The notes under the pieces were generated by a model that saw nothing but the letters and a program-made list of their open reading frames with translations, did no database searches and was not told where the DNA came from. 64,000 bases of DNA from assembly GCF_001194135.2 (NCBI RefSeq), contig NC_068990.1:25328740-25392739 (forward strand). Reading direction: 5' to 3'. This document shows, one piece after another, positions 10,562 through 24,170 of the stretch (the first letter of the stretch is position 1; the number at the start of each line of letters is the position of its first letter). The DNA is from Octopus bimaculoides (taxonomy: Eukaryota). Made by a program: the position numbers and the translations under genes.

Positions 10562-11736
10562 GTCTTTTCACAAATTTCTTTCTCTATAGACTGCTCTGCA
10601 ACTTTTCCCAATTGTGTATTTTCAGAAATTAGTTTCTTTGATTGTAATGTATAACCAAAGAAACTAATTTTTAGTCATAGTCCTGTAAGTTATTCCGAAT
10701 GGCTGTTCTCTCTCTTCCTCTTCTTATTGAATGTGCATGCTCTTTATATCAATGTTACTTGCATAACACTCAGTCTCAGAAGTAAGAGAGGAAGGTTCAA
10801 GAGTGAAACTTGCTGAGGTTTGAACACAGAATGCAGAAATAAGATTATTAAACCCTTTATGGTTTTTCATTTACTCCATCAGCTTTTGAAGTTAATCCTT
10901 GTCCACATTATCATGGCTTATCCCCAGTTTTTGTAGCATTAAGTGTTGCAGAGTGATTAATCATCTCCTGAATGTTACCAATCAATAATTGCTTTCCATT
11001 CAAAGAATTGAACTCACCACTATAATCTAATGAATTCTTCATCAATACTAGCTCTATACAAAACAGAATTTTGACCCTATTTTGCATTATGTAATTATCG
11101 ACAAGTGGGTTGGGTCATTTAGCAGATAAATGTCCTGGCAATGGATACAGCATTATGCTGAGAAGATTTGAACTACTTATTGGATTTTTATTATCTTAGT
11201 ATTAGAATAATATATATTTTATTGACAGCAAAAGGGCCAAAAAATGAAGTCGATTCCAGGGTAGGATCTGAAACCAGAATATAAAGGCATGCAAGTAAAC
11301 ACCCCAAAGACTACATTCCATGTCTACATATCTGCCGCACCTCTACATATATACAGCTAGTAATGTAATTAAACAAAAATTGTTGCCAATGTTAATTATT
11401 CTAGCAAAATTTTTATCCTTTCAAATGCTATTTTCTTGTCTAGCCAACATTCATTTTTTCCCCACCTTTTTCATTCTTAAACCTCAGGTATCATGAGTAC
11501 ATTTATCTTAGAGAGTAAAATCATGCGAGCCTATATAAAAGAGGATCACATATTTATATGACAGGGGCTTTCAAGACAAACCTGCTGGCTTGCTTACATA
11601 ATAGCGTCTCTCACAGTTACAAAAACAGCAGGACATCACTATTAACCCGTTAATGTAATGTAACATACCATACTAAATATCACACAGAGCTACATACACA
11701 TAGAGAACACACACACACACGTTTGTATAGGTATGT

Positions 11737-11780
<44 letters not shown>

Positions 11781-14109
11781 CATACATACATATATATATA
11801 TATGGAGAGGGAGTGGTACTGAGGGAGGTGGCTTTGTGCCACTCGAGTCTATGTAATTATGTGTGCGTGTTTGTATGTGTGTGTATACATATATTTATGT
11901 ATATATATATAAGTATCATTCATCATTGTCATCATCATCATTTAACGTCTGTTTTCTATGCTGGCATGGGTTGTATGGTTTGATTGCAAACAGGTAAGCC
12001 AGTGGGCTGCACCTGGTTCTGATCTGATTTGGCAAGGTTTCTACAGCTGGATGCCTTTCCTAATGCCAACCACTCCAAGAGTGTAGTGGGTGTTTGTTAT
12101 GTGCCACCGGTATGGGTGCCATTTGACCTGACACTGGCGTCAGCCACAACTACGGTCTCACTTAGCTTGACAGGTCAATGCAAACACAGTATATTCTTTT
12201 CTGCCCTAGGCACAAGGCCCGAAATTTTTTTTGGGGGGGGGGGACAGTCGTTTAGATCAACCCCAGTATGCAACTGGTACTTAATTTATCAGCTCCGAAA
12301 GGATGAAAGACAATTTGGACTTAGAATGTAAAGACAGAAAAAATACCGCTAAGCATTTCACCCAATGTGCTAACATTTCTGCCAGCTCACCGCCTTGGAA
12401 CAAGCACAGTATATTGCCAAAGGTCTTGGTCACCTGTCACTGCCTCCATGAGGCCCAATGCTCGAGCAAAGTGTCCACTTTTTTTATGCTGGTATGGGTT
12501 GGGCAAAGTTTATTAAGGTAGATTTTCTACAGCCAGATGTCCATCCTGTTGCCAACCCATACCTGTTTCCAAGGAAGGTAGTATTTCCCCCTAGTCAGTC
12601 ATGTATTTGTAAAATATTGGAAATTAATGACATTCACATACAGCAATCACTCAATGTCAAGAGAAGGAGACACAAACATGCACACACTCACAAACACATA
12701 TATGTGTGTTTGTGAGTGTGTGTGTGTATACGCATATATTTATATATTTATATANNNNNNNNNNNNNNNNNNNNNNNNNNNNNNNNNNNNNNNNNNNNNN
12801 NNNNNNNNNNNNNNNNNNNNNNNNNNNNNNNNNNNNNNNNNNNNNNNNNNNNNNNNNNNNNNNNNNNNNNNNNNNNNNNNNNNNNNNNNNNNNNNNNNNN
12901 NNNNNNNNNNNNNNNNNNNNNNNNNNNNNNNNNNNNNNNNNNNNNNNNNNNNNNNNNNNNNNNNNNNNNNNNNNNNNNNNNNNNNNNNNNNNNNNNNNNN
13001 NNNNNNNNNNNNNNNNNNNNNNNNNNNNNNNNNNNNNNNNNNNNNNNNNNNNNNNNCAAACACTGAGATTTGAAGTTAGATGTCACTACTGTTCATATCA
13101 TCTGTGGATAAATTCAAAATTTGATGATATCGCCAGTAGTAGCATTGGTGGAACGCTGTTATGATAGCTTTAAGGAGCTATGAAATATCGTAATGATGCT
13201 TAATGAGCATCTAGCTGCTAGAAATAAGAGCCAAGTCTTAAATAATCCACCGTAGCGCACCAATATAACAGAGAAAAACAGTATGCAAGGAAAACAGACC
13301 GAATTAAAACATTTAACAACACAAATAAAAATATTATGCAATTACGGATATCCACAAACCAGGTTTCTGCTTTTGGTTATTCAACCTTGAGCTTCGTCAG
13401 TGTGGACCACCAGTTTAAATTCATGACTTTTCTCTTAGTCAAGAAAGAAATAAGAGCCAGCTCCTTATTTTCTGTTGAATAACAACATTAAGAAGTATTT
13501 TTATCTGTTTACAACTGTTTACTTTCAGCTGTTAAAGTGTTACAAACTGTAGTTAAACTATATTAAATTTAACTTAGATTTTCTACCTCATGCTGTTTGT
13601 GCATATAAATATTTATTAAATACAGAGACAGAGGAACACACCCACAAACAGATATGCACAGACATATATGCATACCTATATGAACACACAGTTATGCACA
13701 TATATATACACACATATCACACTATTATGGTATTGGCCAGACTCTCAGATGTTGTTATACATCGCTGGCCACAATACACCTCACATTATTTTAGCTTTCG
13801 AATTGTATCACCCCACTGGCTAGGCAAGCAGGCCAACATTCCCCCTGATTGGAAGGTTAGTCTGTCGCAGTGGGACCCATTTATATCTCAGTGGACTGGA
13901 GCAACATGAAATGAAGTGTTTTGCTCAAGAACACAATGCGCTGCTGGTCTGAGAATCAAAACCAATATCTCACAATCGTGCTTGCAACAGACCTAATCTC
14001 TACACCACATACCTTCGCACGCATGCACACACACACACACACACACACGCGCGCACACACATTTTGATATTTGTTTTCATGTCAAGTTACATATAAGAAC
14101 AATTTAACA

Positions 14110-14338
14110 TTAACTCTTTATCAGTCAGATTACTTTGTCAAAATGTAATACTCATTTATTCACACTGTTTTTAATTAATCATGCATTATCTTGTAGGTTT
14201 GAGATTTCAATGATGTGATTGTCGATTTTTAGGCTGACATTATAGGGTAGGTGTGAGAAGCCAGATCTGGCCAGCTTAAACATAAAACAAGTGGAATATA
14301 TGAGCTGGATGTAGTGGGTTTAAATGTTAAAGGGTTAA
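14110..14338. mobile_element. piggyBac-like MITE, family P1
   Basis: TTAA-ctcttt ... aaaggg-TTAA ends and about 225 bp long; homologous to 16075-16302, 22497-22707 (inverted), about 40035-40248 (degenerate) and 61925-62152 (inverted). Confidence 0.75.
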
Positions 14339-14394
14339 ACTGAAGGGTCACCGAAGACTTTTTAGTAAAGTGCGTATTAATTTTCACATGGTAA

Positions 14395-14595
14395 CGGTTG
14401 ACAGTGACTCCAAAGTTTTAGTTTACTTGCCATCATCAGATTGTATGATGATGGTAAATACATTGAGATTTCAAAAGAAATTTGTTGATTCAAAGCTATA
14501 GTAAAAGACATTTGCACAAGGTGCCATGCAGTGGGACTGAACTTGAAACTGCGTTGTTGGTTACTCAGCAAACTTCTTAACCACACAGCCATGCC
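14395..14595 (-). mobile_element. tRNA-derived SINE, family D
   Basis: The reverse complement has gtgtggttaagaagtttgct...ttcaagttcagtcccactgcatggcaccttgtgcaaatgtc. Other copies lie at about 21655-21790, 45810-45960 (plus), 55650-55805 and 58850-59005. Confidence 0.75.
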
Positions 14596-15208
14596 TGCAA
14601 GTTTAACACAGAAAGAAAATAAAGAGATGGAAGTATATGTATGAGTAACTTTTGAATTTGGCAGGATGAAGTTGTTGAAATTATATAACTATTGTAGGTT
14701 GGGAAATAGCATCTATTTTTGTTTCTTTTATGAAGAATTAAAAGGAAATAATTTTTGTAAACACAAGGAAGCTGTGAGTTTATAAAAAAAATAAAAGTGA
14801 GTGGGGTTTAAATAAATAGATCCTGCAGTTATATGTATTCTGTATGTGTGCATAAGTAAGTGTGGTAGATCCCAATTGTAAGAAAATTCAAGATGCATGT
14901 GACCTGTCTTCTGAAACATCTGATTATCTCTCACATACACGCACGCATGCATGCAATGCACACACACACACACACACACATACATACACACACACACACA
15001 CACACATGAGTATGTTTGTCTGTGTGTGTGTACTTGGTTGTCAGACATGCAACCCCTTCTCCACATACATATTATACATGTACACATGCATACACATATG
15101 TATGTTTTTGTATGTACTTATCTGTTGGGCACACAATCTATATTCTACACATGCACACATACACACATGTTAATACTGTTGGATTGACAGGGATTTCAAG
15201 TTTCATCT

Positions 15209-15432
15209 TTAACCCTATCGTTACTCTATTTATTTTGAGATGCTCTGTGTTTCTTTCAATTAATTTTAAATATAACAAAAAATTTAGTAAAATAATTTAG
15301 TTATCATTCAGCTAGTGTTAGGAACATAAATCGTGACTAAGGTTTGGTGGAAGATTTTAATTCAAAATTTCTGTAAATAAGACATTTGTACTCAGAGCCA
15401 GAGCTGGTTTCAGCCGGTATCAAAAGGGTTAA
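15209..15432 (+). mobile_element. piggyBac-like MITE, family P2
   Basis: TTAA-CCCT...AAGGG-TTAA ends; a highly similar second copy lies at 62594-62820. Confidence 0.8.
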
Positions 15433-16074
15433 TGGTTTATTCAATCTGATTTGTTCAATAAGCCGTTTGAAGGCCAAACTCGGAAGTCTCAATCAGATCA
15501 ATACCATCAATAATTTCTACTCTATAAAATGTATAAAATTCCACCGGTATAAATATTTTATTTGTTTTTTTGTAACTTGACCAACACTGCCAAATAATAT
15601 ATTTATACACACATGTGTGTTTAAAAATATGTGTGTGTATAGAATACGTTCACAGAATGCTTGATATACATTTAGGCTCTCTGTACAAATAGATCTTAGA
15701 CCCTGTGGTTAAACAACAGGGTCTATGGGACATATTTGAACTTAGTCTCAATTTATCCACATATATTACACTTCCTCGGCACTTACAAAGTGTCCTGATA
15801 TGCAAATAAGTATAATCGATATGTTGTAATTTCACGATTTAAGTCCTTGAAGACATTTTACAAGAACATCTTGATGAGTTATGGATTGCTAAATGTTGAG
15901 ATTTAGAAGGCCACTGTCGCAGTACAGGAATAATATATTCCAAGGGAATAATATATCCTTATGTTTTGTAGGAATTAAAGGCAAAGGAAATTGCTAATCT
16001 CAGTTAAATTGCTGACATCCATAATAAAGATGAAGAGCATTGGAGAGTGCTTATTAATCCAAAGGGAATTACAT

Positions 16075-16302
16075 TTAACCCTTTGGCATTAAGATTATTT
16101 TGTCAAATACAATGCTTATTTATTCAAATTGATTGAAATTAATCATGCATTATCTCATAGCTTTGACATTTCAATGATGTGATTGTATACTTTTAGAATG
16201 ACATTGTATGGTAGATGTGAGAGGCTGAATCTGGCCAGTTTGAACATAAAACAGGTCAATTATTTGGGTCTGATATGGCCAGTTTAAATGCTAAAGGGTT
16301 AA
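16075..16302 (+). mobile_element. piggyBac-like MITE, family P1
   Basis: TTAA-CCCTTTGGCATT ... AATGCTAAAGGG-TTAA gives terminal inverted repeats with TTAA on both sides. Confidence 0.85.
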
Positions 16303-17956
16303 AGAAAGTTCAGTAGGTAAGATGGAGGAATTTAGTTTATTTGGTCCAAGATATGCGTGTTTGCTTTTGGAAAATTTAATGCTTAAGAAGTTTGGTCATG
16401 GGTTTGAAGTATCCAATGACTTTTTCTGTGACTATATAGAAATGAAGAAGAGGACATAATAGTTTCTTTATCCTTTCATTTTGTAATATTTACAAACATT
16501 TTCTTGGTTTTGCAATAGGAAAATCGAAAGTATAAGCTTTAAAACTTATTTATTACCAACTACACAATCTCTGATGATTTGATAATGTAATCTGCTTATA
16601 ATGGATAATATTATTAATGAAATACATGCAAGATAATGTAACTAAATAATTTATGAACAAACTCTTCTGTTTTTGTTATGTTTTTTCATACATATAGTAA
16701 GAAATCTTTCTATCTATAGAGTCCAGTGAAAGGAAATTTAGACTATGAGTTCTGAGTTTTTTCTTTTGAAGAATAAAAATGCTATGAAGTTATAAATACT
16801 GGTAATATGTCATGCAATTTATATCACACACACATACACAATATATATATATATATATATATATAAACAAATATAGGTATGTCAAATACTATACAACATA
16901 AATTCTTGATTTATTAAATTTATTTCTGTATCATAATTACTAAAGTGCAATTATGATCAGCTTCACTTGAGAAGGGGAGATAATTTCAATAATCAAGGAT
17001 TTCTCTAAAACGGACATGGCATTAAAGGAAAAACACAGGCTTATTGCTTCAAGTTAAACAGACAGTTATGGACATATTTCTCAATAGTCATCTCCCAGCT
17101 GGTCACCTTAGATCACCCTTGCTACTACATCTGTCACCTTTAGAGCGAAGTTACTGATACAAGGAAATGCACAACTTTATGCCTCTTTAAAGTTTCCTGC
17201 AATGTCTTTCATGGATCTTGGGTCTCAGAGCTGTATGTTGTTGTACCGGATGGGTATATCCCACACATCTCCCATGAGGAAATATTACCACTCCCATTGT
17301 TTCCTCACTCATGTAGGAACATGGGAGATGTAGCATAAATTATAGTTGTTACCTGTAAAAGATGGTCAACATCAAATTCTTTGGACAATCATAAATATTC
17401 CTATCCACCCATCTATCTATCTATCTATCTATCTACATCTGTGTGTACATGTATATATGTGTATGTATATGCACGTGCACACATGCGTACACACACACAC
17501 ACACACACACACAATTACTGAAACATTCTTCTGAAACGTGTGCCTTTCAGACCCAAAAGCTTATTTATTCATTTATCTTTTATCTTTCTCTTACCTTTTA
17601 TTCTTTTTCTTTCTTTTTTATCTTTTCGTTATATTATTCATTGACGATGAATCTTCTAGCAAACTTACAAGACAATAGCACACGACAGATGCCAAACCTC
17701 CCTCCCCCCATGATATGCCTCTCAACACATCATGAAACAGATATATAAAGCTAGAATAAAGGATCTTTCATTGATAAAATAAATAAATACCATGTTATTA
17801 TGACCGTGCAACAATGTCGGTTCTACCATGTTTTCTAATCTCTCCTATCTTATTCTTTGTTTTATTTACATACTGTGTGTATGTGTCTGCATTTGGTGGT
17901 ATTCACTCGTATATGTACATTATACATACACATCCACGCACATACACAATATACAG

Positions 17957-18019
<63 letters not shown>

Positions 18020-18959
18020 TACATATATATGTTTAGTGTATACACACACATTTATATGTATATATGTATGGGTCTATTATTGTTAAATCAAGTTTCTAGT
18101 CCGGTTCTCTTTTTTATCTTCATCTTTCTTTATCGTAGTCTCTTTCTTCTCTCTTTCTGCCTATTTCTCAATTATCTCATTCATATTTTCTTTATTCCCC
18201 TCTTCTCCTCCCCCTCTTTGTCACACCAATCTTTCGCTTATTTGTTTTAATAGAATTTCTCATTTTTTTCTTTATTTTTGTTCCTGCACCCCTCCCTAGT
18301 TTCTCTCTTTCCCTCTCTTTCTTTCATTCTAGTTCGTGTCTCTCTTCTATCCTCTCTTATTTTCTTGAATGCTCTGTCTCCCTCTTATTGTTATTTGTCA
18401 AGTCAACTCATAGAGGTTCTTCCATTAGCTCGCGTGCACACACACACACACGCACACACACCTTTCTCATTCGTAGGTTTTCTTTTTATTGTTTTCACCT
18501 CCCATTGTAAGCCCCTTATGGGCGAATGGTTAAGAAGTTTGATTCACAACCACGGAATTCTAAGTTCAGTCCCACTACATAGATTCTTGGGTAAATGAAA
18601 TTTTTTATATCCTCTGGTAGACCCATTCGTAATGAGTTGATAGAAATTGTACTGAAGCCTAGAGTGTGAAATGCACCTGTAATTGAAAAGGTCCAGCCTT
18701 GTTGGATACAGTGCCTTGCTGATTCTACCTGTACTTAAGCCCTTCACTCTCTATGGCGCATAGACTATTGATTTTTTCCACCGTTTGGGCTGACCGTTCT
18801 GCTTTTCCAACTCCGCCTCAGTATCCCACCTCATATGTTTCCCAGAATGAAAGCCTTCCTCTCCTGAGTCTTGTTAGTCTTGAATTGCCATTAATGCTTC
18901 TGTAACTTTGCTATTTTATTAGGTTTGGCTGTTGGCCCTATGCAAACTCAGTTTTACCT

Positions 18960-19105
18960 CTGGAAAGAATTGGTCCACATTAATCTGGCCTCTATCCTTT
19001 GACCTGTCCAGCATGATAGGAGACCCTACTAGGAGCTTGCACTCCACCAGCTTAGCTCTCAGGATCATTTAGGCATGTAGGCCACCACACAGCAACAAGG
19101 ACTGA
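18960..19105 (-). mobile_element. Degenerate 5' end of an RTE/BovB-like LINE
   Basis: The minus strand reads ccttgttgctgtg...aatgatcctgagagctaagctgg...tagggtctcctatcatgctggacaggtcaaagg...gtggacca. This resembles the conserved RTE/BovB 5' leader (recognised from memory). Confidence 0.55.
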
Positions 19106-20221
19106 ACCTTGTGGCAGACACATTAATTTAAGAGAAGGTTATTCAATTCATTGAACAACTGAATCTCTATCATTGAGCAACTAAGATTCATTACTGTCAT
19201 ATCTGTCTATGCCAATGGTTCTCAGCCATTGTACATAATTTTTAACAGCAAAATCTTATAAGGACACGCAAGGGTCATATGAACCCTCGTTGGGAACCAC
19301 TGGTCTATACCATCAACTGCTATACCACCATCATCATCCTCACTGACTCTGCCATCCATTCATCAAAGCTTCAGACAACATGTTGGCTTTTACTGCCAGT
19401 GCTGCTCTTTTCAATGACTATCTTTATTACTATAACCAACAACACAAATACCACCATCCCAAAAACTAACAGCCACCACAACTACTACCACCACTGCCAC
19501 TCCACCACCTTATGTATGTTTGTATGTATGCATGTATATATATATATATATATATATATATNNNNNNNNNNNNNNNNNNNNNNNNNNNNNNNNNNNNNNN
19601 NNNNNNNNNNNNNNNNNNNNNNNNNNNNNNNNNNNNNNNNNNNNNNNNNNNNNNNNNNNNNNNNNNNNNNNNNNNNNNNNNNNNNNNNNNNNNNNNNNNN
19701 NNNNNNNNNNNNNNNNNNNNNNNNNNNNNNNNNNNNNNNNNNNNNNNNNNNNNNNNNNNNNNNNNNNNNNNNNNNNNNNNNNNNNNNNNNNNNNNNNNNN
19801 NNNNNNNNNNNNNNNNNNNNNNNNNNNNNNNNNNNNNNNNNNNNNNNNNNNNNNNNNNNNNNNNNNNNNNNNNNNNNNNNNNNNNTATATATATATATAC
19901 ATATATATACATACATACACACAGTCTCACAGGTGAACAAATAAAGAGAAGGCATCAGCTTAGAAGTCTGTTAATGAAGTTAACCAAATCACTGACACTT
20001 TTCAGAGATTCCAACACAATTCCTTAAATACATTTCCATGTTATTTCTTGACAGCTTCCTACCCACCACCACCATCGCCTCCTCTGATCAAACTCACACA
20101 TTCTGCCTGGTGTAATTTCCTTGATATCTTATTTTAACTAATTCCAAGACTTGCTACTCTTTTATTTGTTTCAGTCATTGGACTGTGCCCATACTGGGGC
20201 ACCACCATGAAGTGTTTAGTC

Positions 20222-20478
20222 CAGTGGTTCTCAACTATTTTTTTTTTACCTATGGACCACTTTGGTTCTTATTTTTCCTGGGTAGACCTTCCTATCCATT
20301 CAATGTTTATAAAAATCCTATTATATTTTGGGAATTAAATATAATCAGGAATCGCATTAAAAAATTAAGGTATTTGATATATTGAAGAAGTATAAACAAT
20401 TCATTGCACATGAATTTTAACAAAAAAAATCTTATATGAACCCCCAAGGATCATATGACCCCGAGTTGAGAACCACTG
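20222..20478. mobile_element. hAT-like MITE nested in a family A SINE
   Basis: Perfect 14-bp TIR CAGTGGTTCTCAAC / GTTGAGAACCACTG; 8-bp flanks gtttagtc / tttaagtc match at 6 of 8. Partial relatives lie at about 19220-19300, 38960-39020 and 59218-59390. Confidence 0.85.
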
Positions 20479-20589
20479 TTTAAGTCAAACAATCAACCCC
20501 AGTATTATTTCAAGTCTAGTTCTTATTTGTGCAGTGTGGGGACAAGCATGCCAAAGAATGAACCCGATGTTTTCTCTGTGTGTGATAAA

Positions 20590-20790
20590 AGGAGACTAAA
20601 AGGGGCTCAGGTAGGGTTTGCACACTCTGACCTTGTAAAACCGTTACCAGTGACGACTACCTAAACAGATCCATGGGTTGGAGGGTTGTTGCCTGAGTGA
20701 TGCTAAGGGGTCGTCCACCGAATCACCAACAAATGATGGATTCAGCAACATGCTGTCACAGCGTATGGCCCCATACTGCTACTAGCACTT
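20590..20790 (+). mobile_element. Unclassified interspersed repeat (possible LINE 5' region)
   Basis: aaaaccgttaccagt...ttggagggttgttgcctgagtgatgc...gaatcaccaacaaat aligns by eye with the reverse complement of about 42390-42560. Confidence 0.65.
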
Positions 20791-22372
20791 ACTTTATCTC
20801 ATCTTCGTCATCATCATCGTTTAATGTCTGTTTTCCCTGCTGGCATGGGTTGGATGGTTTGACTGGAGACTGGCAAGCCAGGAGGCTCCACCAGGCTCCA
20901 ATCTGATCTGGCAATGTTCTTACAGCTGGATGCTCTTTCTTACGCCAACCACTCTGAGAGTGTAGTGGGTGCTTTTTATGTGCCACCAGCACGGGAACCA
21001 GTCAGGCAGCACTGGCATTGACCCACACATGAATGAATGGTGCTTATCGCGTGCCACCAGCACTGGTAAGGGCCACAACTACAATTTCCATTTAATTGTG
21101 ATTTGATTTGATATTGATTTTACTTGACTCAATAAGTCTCCTCAAGCACAGAATGTCGCCCGACGATTCAATGGTACTTTTTAAATGGGCTGGTTATGTG
21201 ACATTGGTGTGGGCTATGGCTGTGATCTCACTTTCCTTGCCGGGTCTTCTCAATCACAGCATATCTGTCTTTTTATTTTTTTTTGCTGAAATGCTAGCTT
21301 ATAGGGATGTAAACAAATCAATACCAGTTGTTAGATGGTAGTGGTAGTACAAACACAAAGATACATATAGATACATATAGGGTGGCCCAAAAGTAGGTTT
21401 ACAGTTATTCAACTATCTCTTTTGCATTCATATATTAACAGTTTAGATCTTAATTATAAAAAAATATGAAACCATTATTCTATGCTAATTTAGTTAATTG
21501 TAAGATAGAGATTTAAATGTAATAAAATGTTTTAAAAGAAATTTAAAGTGCCTACGTGATAACTGTAAACCTACTTTTGGGTCACCTTATATATCTATAC
21601 ATACATAGCTATATCTGTGTGTGTGTGTGTGTGTTGTGTGTCTGAATGTGTATTCACACACACACAGTGAGATTCCACACAGTTCTATCTACCAAACCTA
21701 CTCTCTCAAGGTATTGGTTGGTCAGGAACTACAGTAGAAAACACTTGCTCAAGATCTTAGTGAGTGCTATGAAGGAGGTTTGGTTACTAGTTCTAGCAGC
21801 CTGGGCAACCCAGAAGAGGTCACCTTAGCTATCTCCTTGTGACTCACTCTAATGACCAGCTTTCCACTTACTTAAATTATTTTCAATCAACAGCTCGTCC
21901 AGCTACTACTTCTTTCCCTCACTCCTCTCCCACTAATTAGAAGTTTCAACAGTAGCTTGGTAGTCTTTGAAATAAACACACACACACACACACATGTTAT
22001 CTCACACATGCACATATATACACTCTCTCTTTCTCTCAAATGCACACTCAAACACGTTTTCTCTTTCACACACACAGTCTCACTCTTTCTCACAATCTCA
22101 CTCTCTTTTTCACATACATACATGCTTTCCCTCATGCCCTCTCACATGCAAACATGCACACACACACTTTCTCTCTCTCTCTACCCCTCTCGCTCCCCCC
22201 TCTCTCTCTCCCTCCCTCACACAATGAACCAACGTAAAGAACTAGCTAACTATGATGTTTGACCACTCTACTGATGCTGAATGAGCTAATGAAGAAAACT
22301 CTACATAAGTTGCAAGGCATGCTAGAGATAGCAGCCAAATCTTTTTCAAATTACAATTACAACTTACTGCAG

Positions 22373-22417
22373 AGTATAGATGATTTAGTCAACCTTTGTA
22401 CATCTGGTATTTACCAG
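22373..22417 (+). other. Candidate coding exon (SIDDLVNLCTSGIYQ, phase 0-0), unidentified
   Basis: Acceptor caacttactgcag, donor CAG/gtgagg, and an open 45-nt frame. No homology recognised. Confidence 0.2.
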
Positions 22418-23239
22418 GTGAGGTAAGAAAAAAAAACCTCTCAAATTCACCAGTCTTGATAAATGTTTCTATAACCAATGCACAGTGTGCACCTGTTTAA
22501 CCAATTAGCATTTAAAGCAACCATATCCAGCCCAAATATTCTGTCTCTTTTATGTTCAAACCAGCCACATCCAGCCTCTCACACCAATCCTACAATGTCA
22601 TTTTAAAGATAAACAATCACATCATTGAAATCTCAAAGTTATAAGATAATGCATGATTAATTCAAAATAATGTGAATGACAGAGTAATTTGAATGTTACA
22701 GGGTTAAACTATGATGGTAAAACCCTGTAGAACCTTAGCTCCATGAAGGCACCATTACCACCTGCCCAGTTTCATTGGTGCCACGACAATGGCTGTGTAG
22801 AATATGGGAGGTTTTTCTGTCTGTACCTGTAATTTTAGATGAAAGCTAAAGTTGGCTCTGGCAAGAGGACAGATTCAAAAATAGAGCATAGCAGGATGAA
22901 AGTAAATACTTCAGACATTTAATTTAAATCAACACTTAACAGATTCTCACTACTGCACCATCAACTTTAACCATACAAGAATCATCATCATCATCATCAT
23001 TTAACGTCCGTTGTCTGTAAGAATATTGTGCAAATGACACATTTTTCAACTGAAATTTCCTGCCAAACTTAATATATTTTTGTGAAAGCTGGAAAATCAC
23101 CAGAAAATAAATAAAATAAAAATAAAAATAAAATAAAACAGAGATATAAAATTTAATTCACTAAAAGACAACTTTTGCCAAAGAACTTTGTGTAAAATGG
23201 GGCAAACTTGATGCCTATACATTCATCCACTGGTTACCT

Positions 23240-23620
23240 TCTCTCTTACACCTTTCACCTGTGGGTTCTCACTTTAAAGAAGCTCAGTGATAACTGTATT
23301 ATTCTTGATAGCAAAGCCTTCAATTGTATCTAGCATGCAAATCTTCTTCAAAAAAACTTCCTGTCTATGAGCTCCACCGATTTTTCATCTCTTCAATCTG
23401 TAACTTATTATCATTGCAGCGTATATTGTTGAAGCTCTTTCTACATTGCCCCCAATAGACTTTGGTGTCCCCCATGGTTTGGTTCTGTTCCCTGCTTTCT
23501 TTGCTCTATATGTCAATGACTTACTTCCCACTGCATCCAACAACACCTACTCTCATGCAGGTAACACAACCCTTCATTCCTTCATAACCATCCACATACA
23601 ACCTAGATACCACATCCTTT
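23240..23620 (+). mobile_element. Degenerate CR1/L2-type LINE reverse transcriptase fragment
   Basis: Translation gives LDSKAFNCI*HANLLQK, then FGVPHGLVLFPAFFALYVNDLLPTASNNTYSHAGNTTL. These are decayed LD.SKAFD, GVPQGSVLGP.LF.LY.NDL and YADDTTL motifs. Confidence 0.8.
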
Positions 23621-24170
23621 AGTAGAGTCTTGTCTCATTTTTAACAGCAATCCTGCTCAAGCACTACTCCCATGAAGAAAACATCAGATCACCATATCCC
23701 CTCTAAGTGTGAATGACCCTCAGCTAGAGTCCTTAATATCACCAAGGATCTTACTTGGCAAAAGCACATTCTTAGCACAGCTAGGACCTCATCCTAAAGA
23801 CTAGCTCTTTTCTTTGGGATTGAAGATATTTCAGCCCCAACGACTGCTGACACCAACCTCTCATCACCCTTGTTGTATCCAACCCTTGCTTTCTCTGTTC
23901 TAACCACTATACTCTATCCATCTTCCCTAGAACATCAGTCGCTGGAAATTGTTCCCTTCTCATGCCTTTCATGCAGGTGTTGGACTGCAACAGTCTAAAC
24001 AGAATATTAACAGCATTGGTCTTTCTAAAGAACCTGCAAGGATCGTGTATACTATTCCTTCCTCCAAGATTTAGCAAGTAAAAAGAAATATATATGTAAA
24101 ACTTCATGTATACAATGGAAACAATATTAAACTGAAATAGCCATTTATGTACCACACTTAATGTATACAT

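Noticed and set aside
10890-10945. C2H2 zinc-finger linker (KTGDKP**CGQ) upstream of Gag
   Set aside because: There is no C-x2-C/H-x3-H finger around it and stops follow immediately.
16008-16456. Ulp1/C48 or Polinton cysteine protease call for HWRVLINPK
   Set aside because: Spacing to the expected Asp and the Q..DCG motif does not fit; left unidentified.
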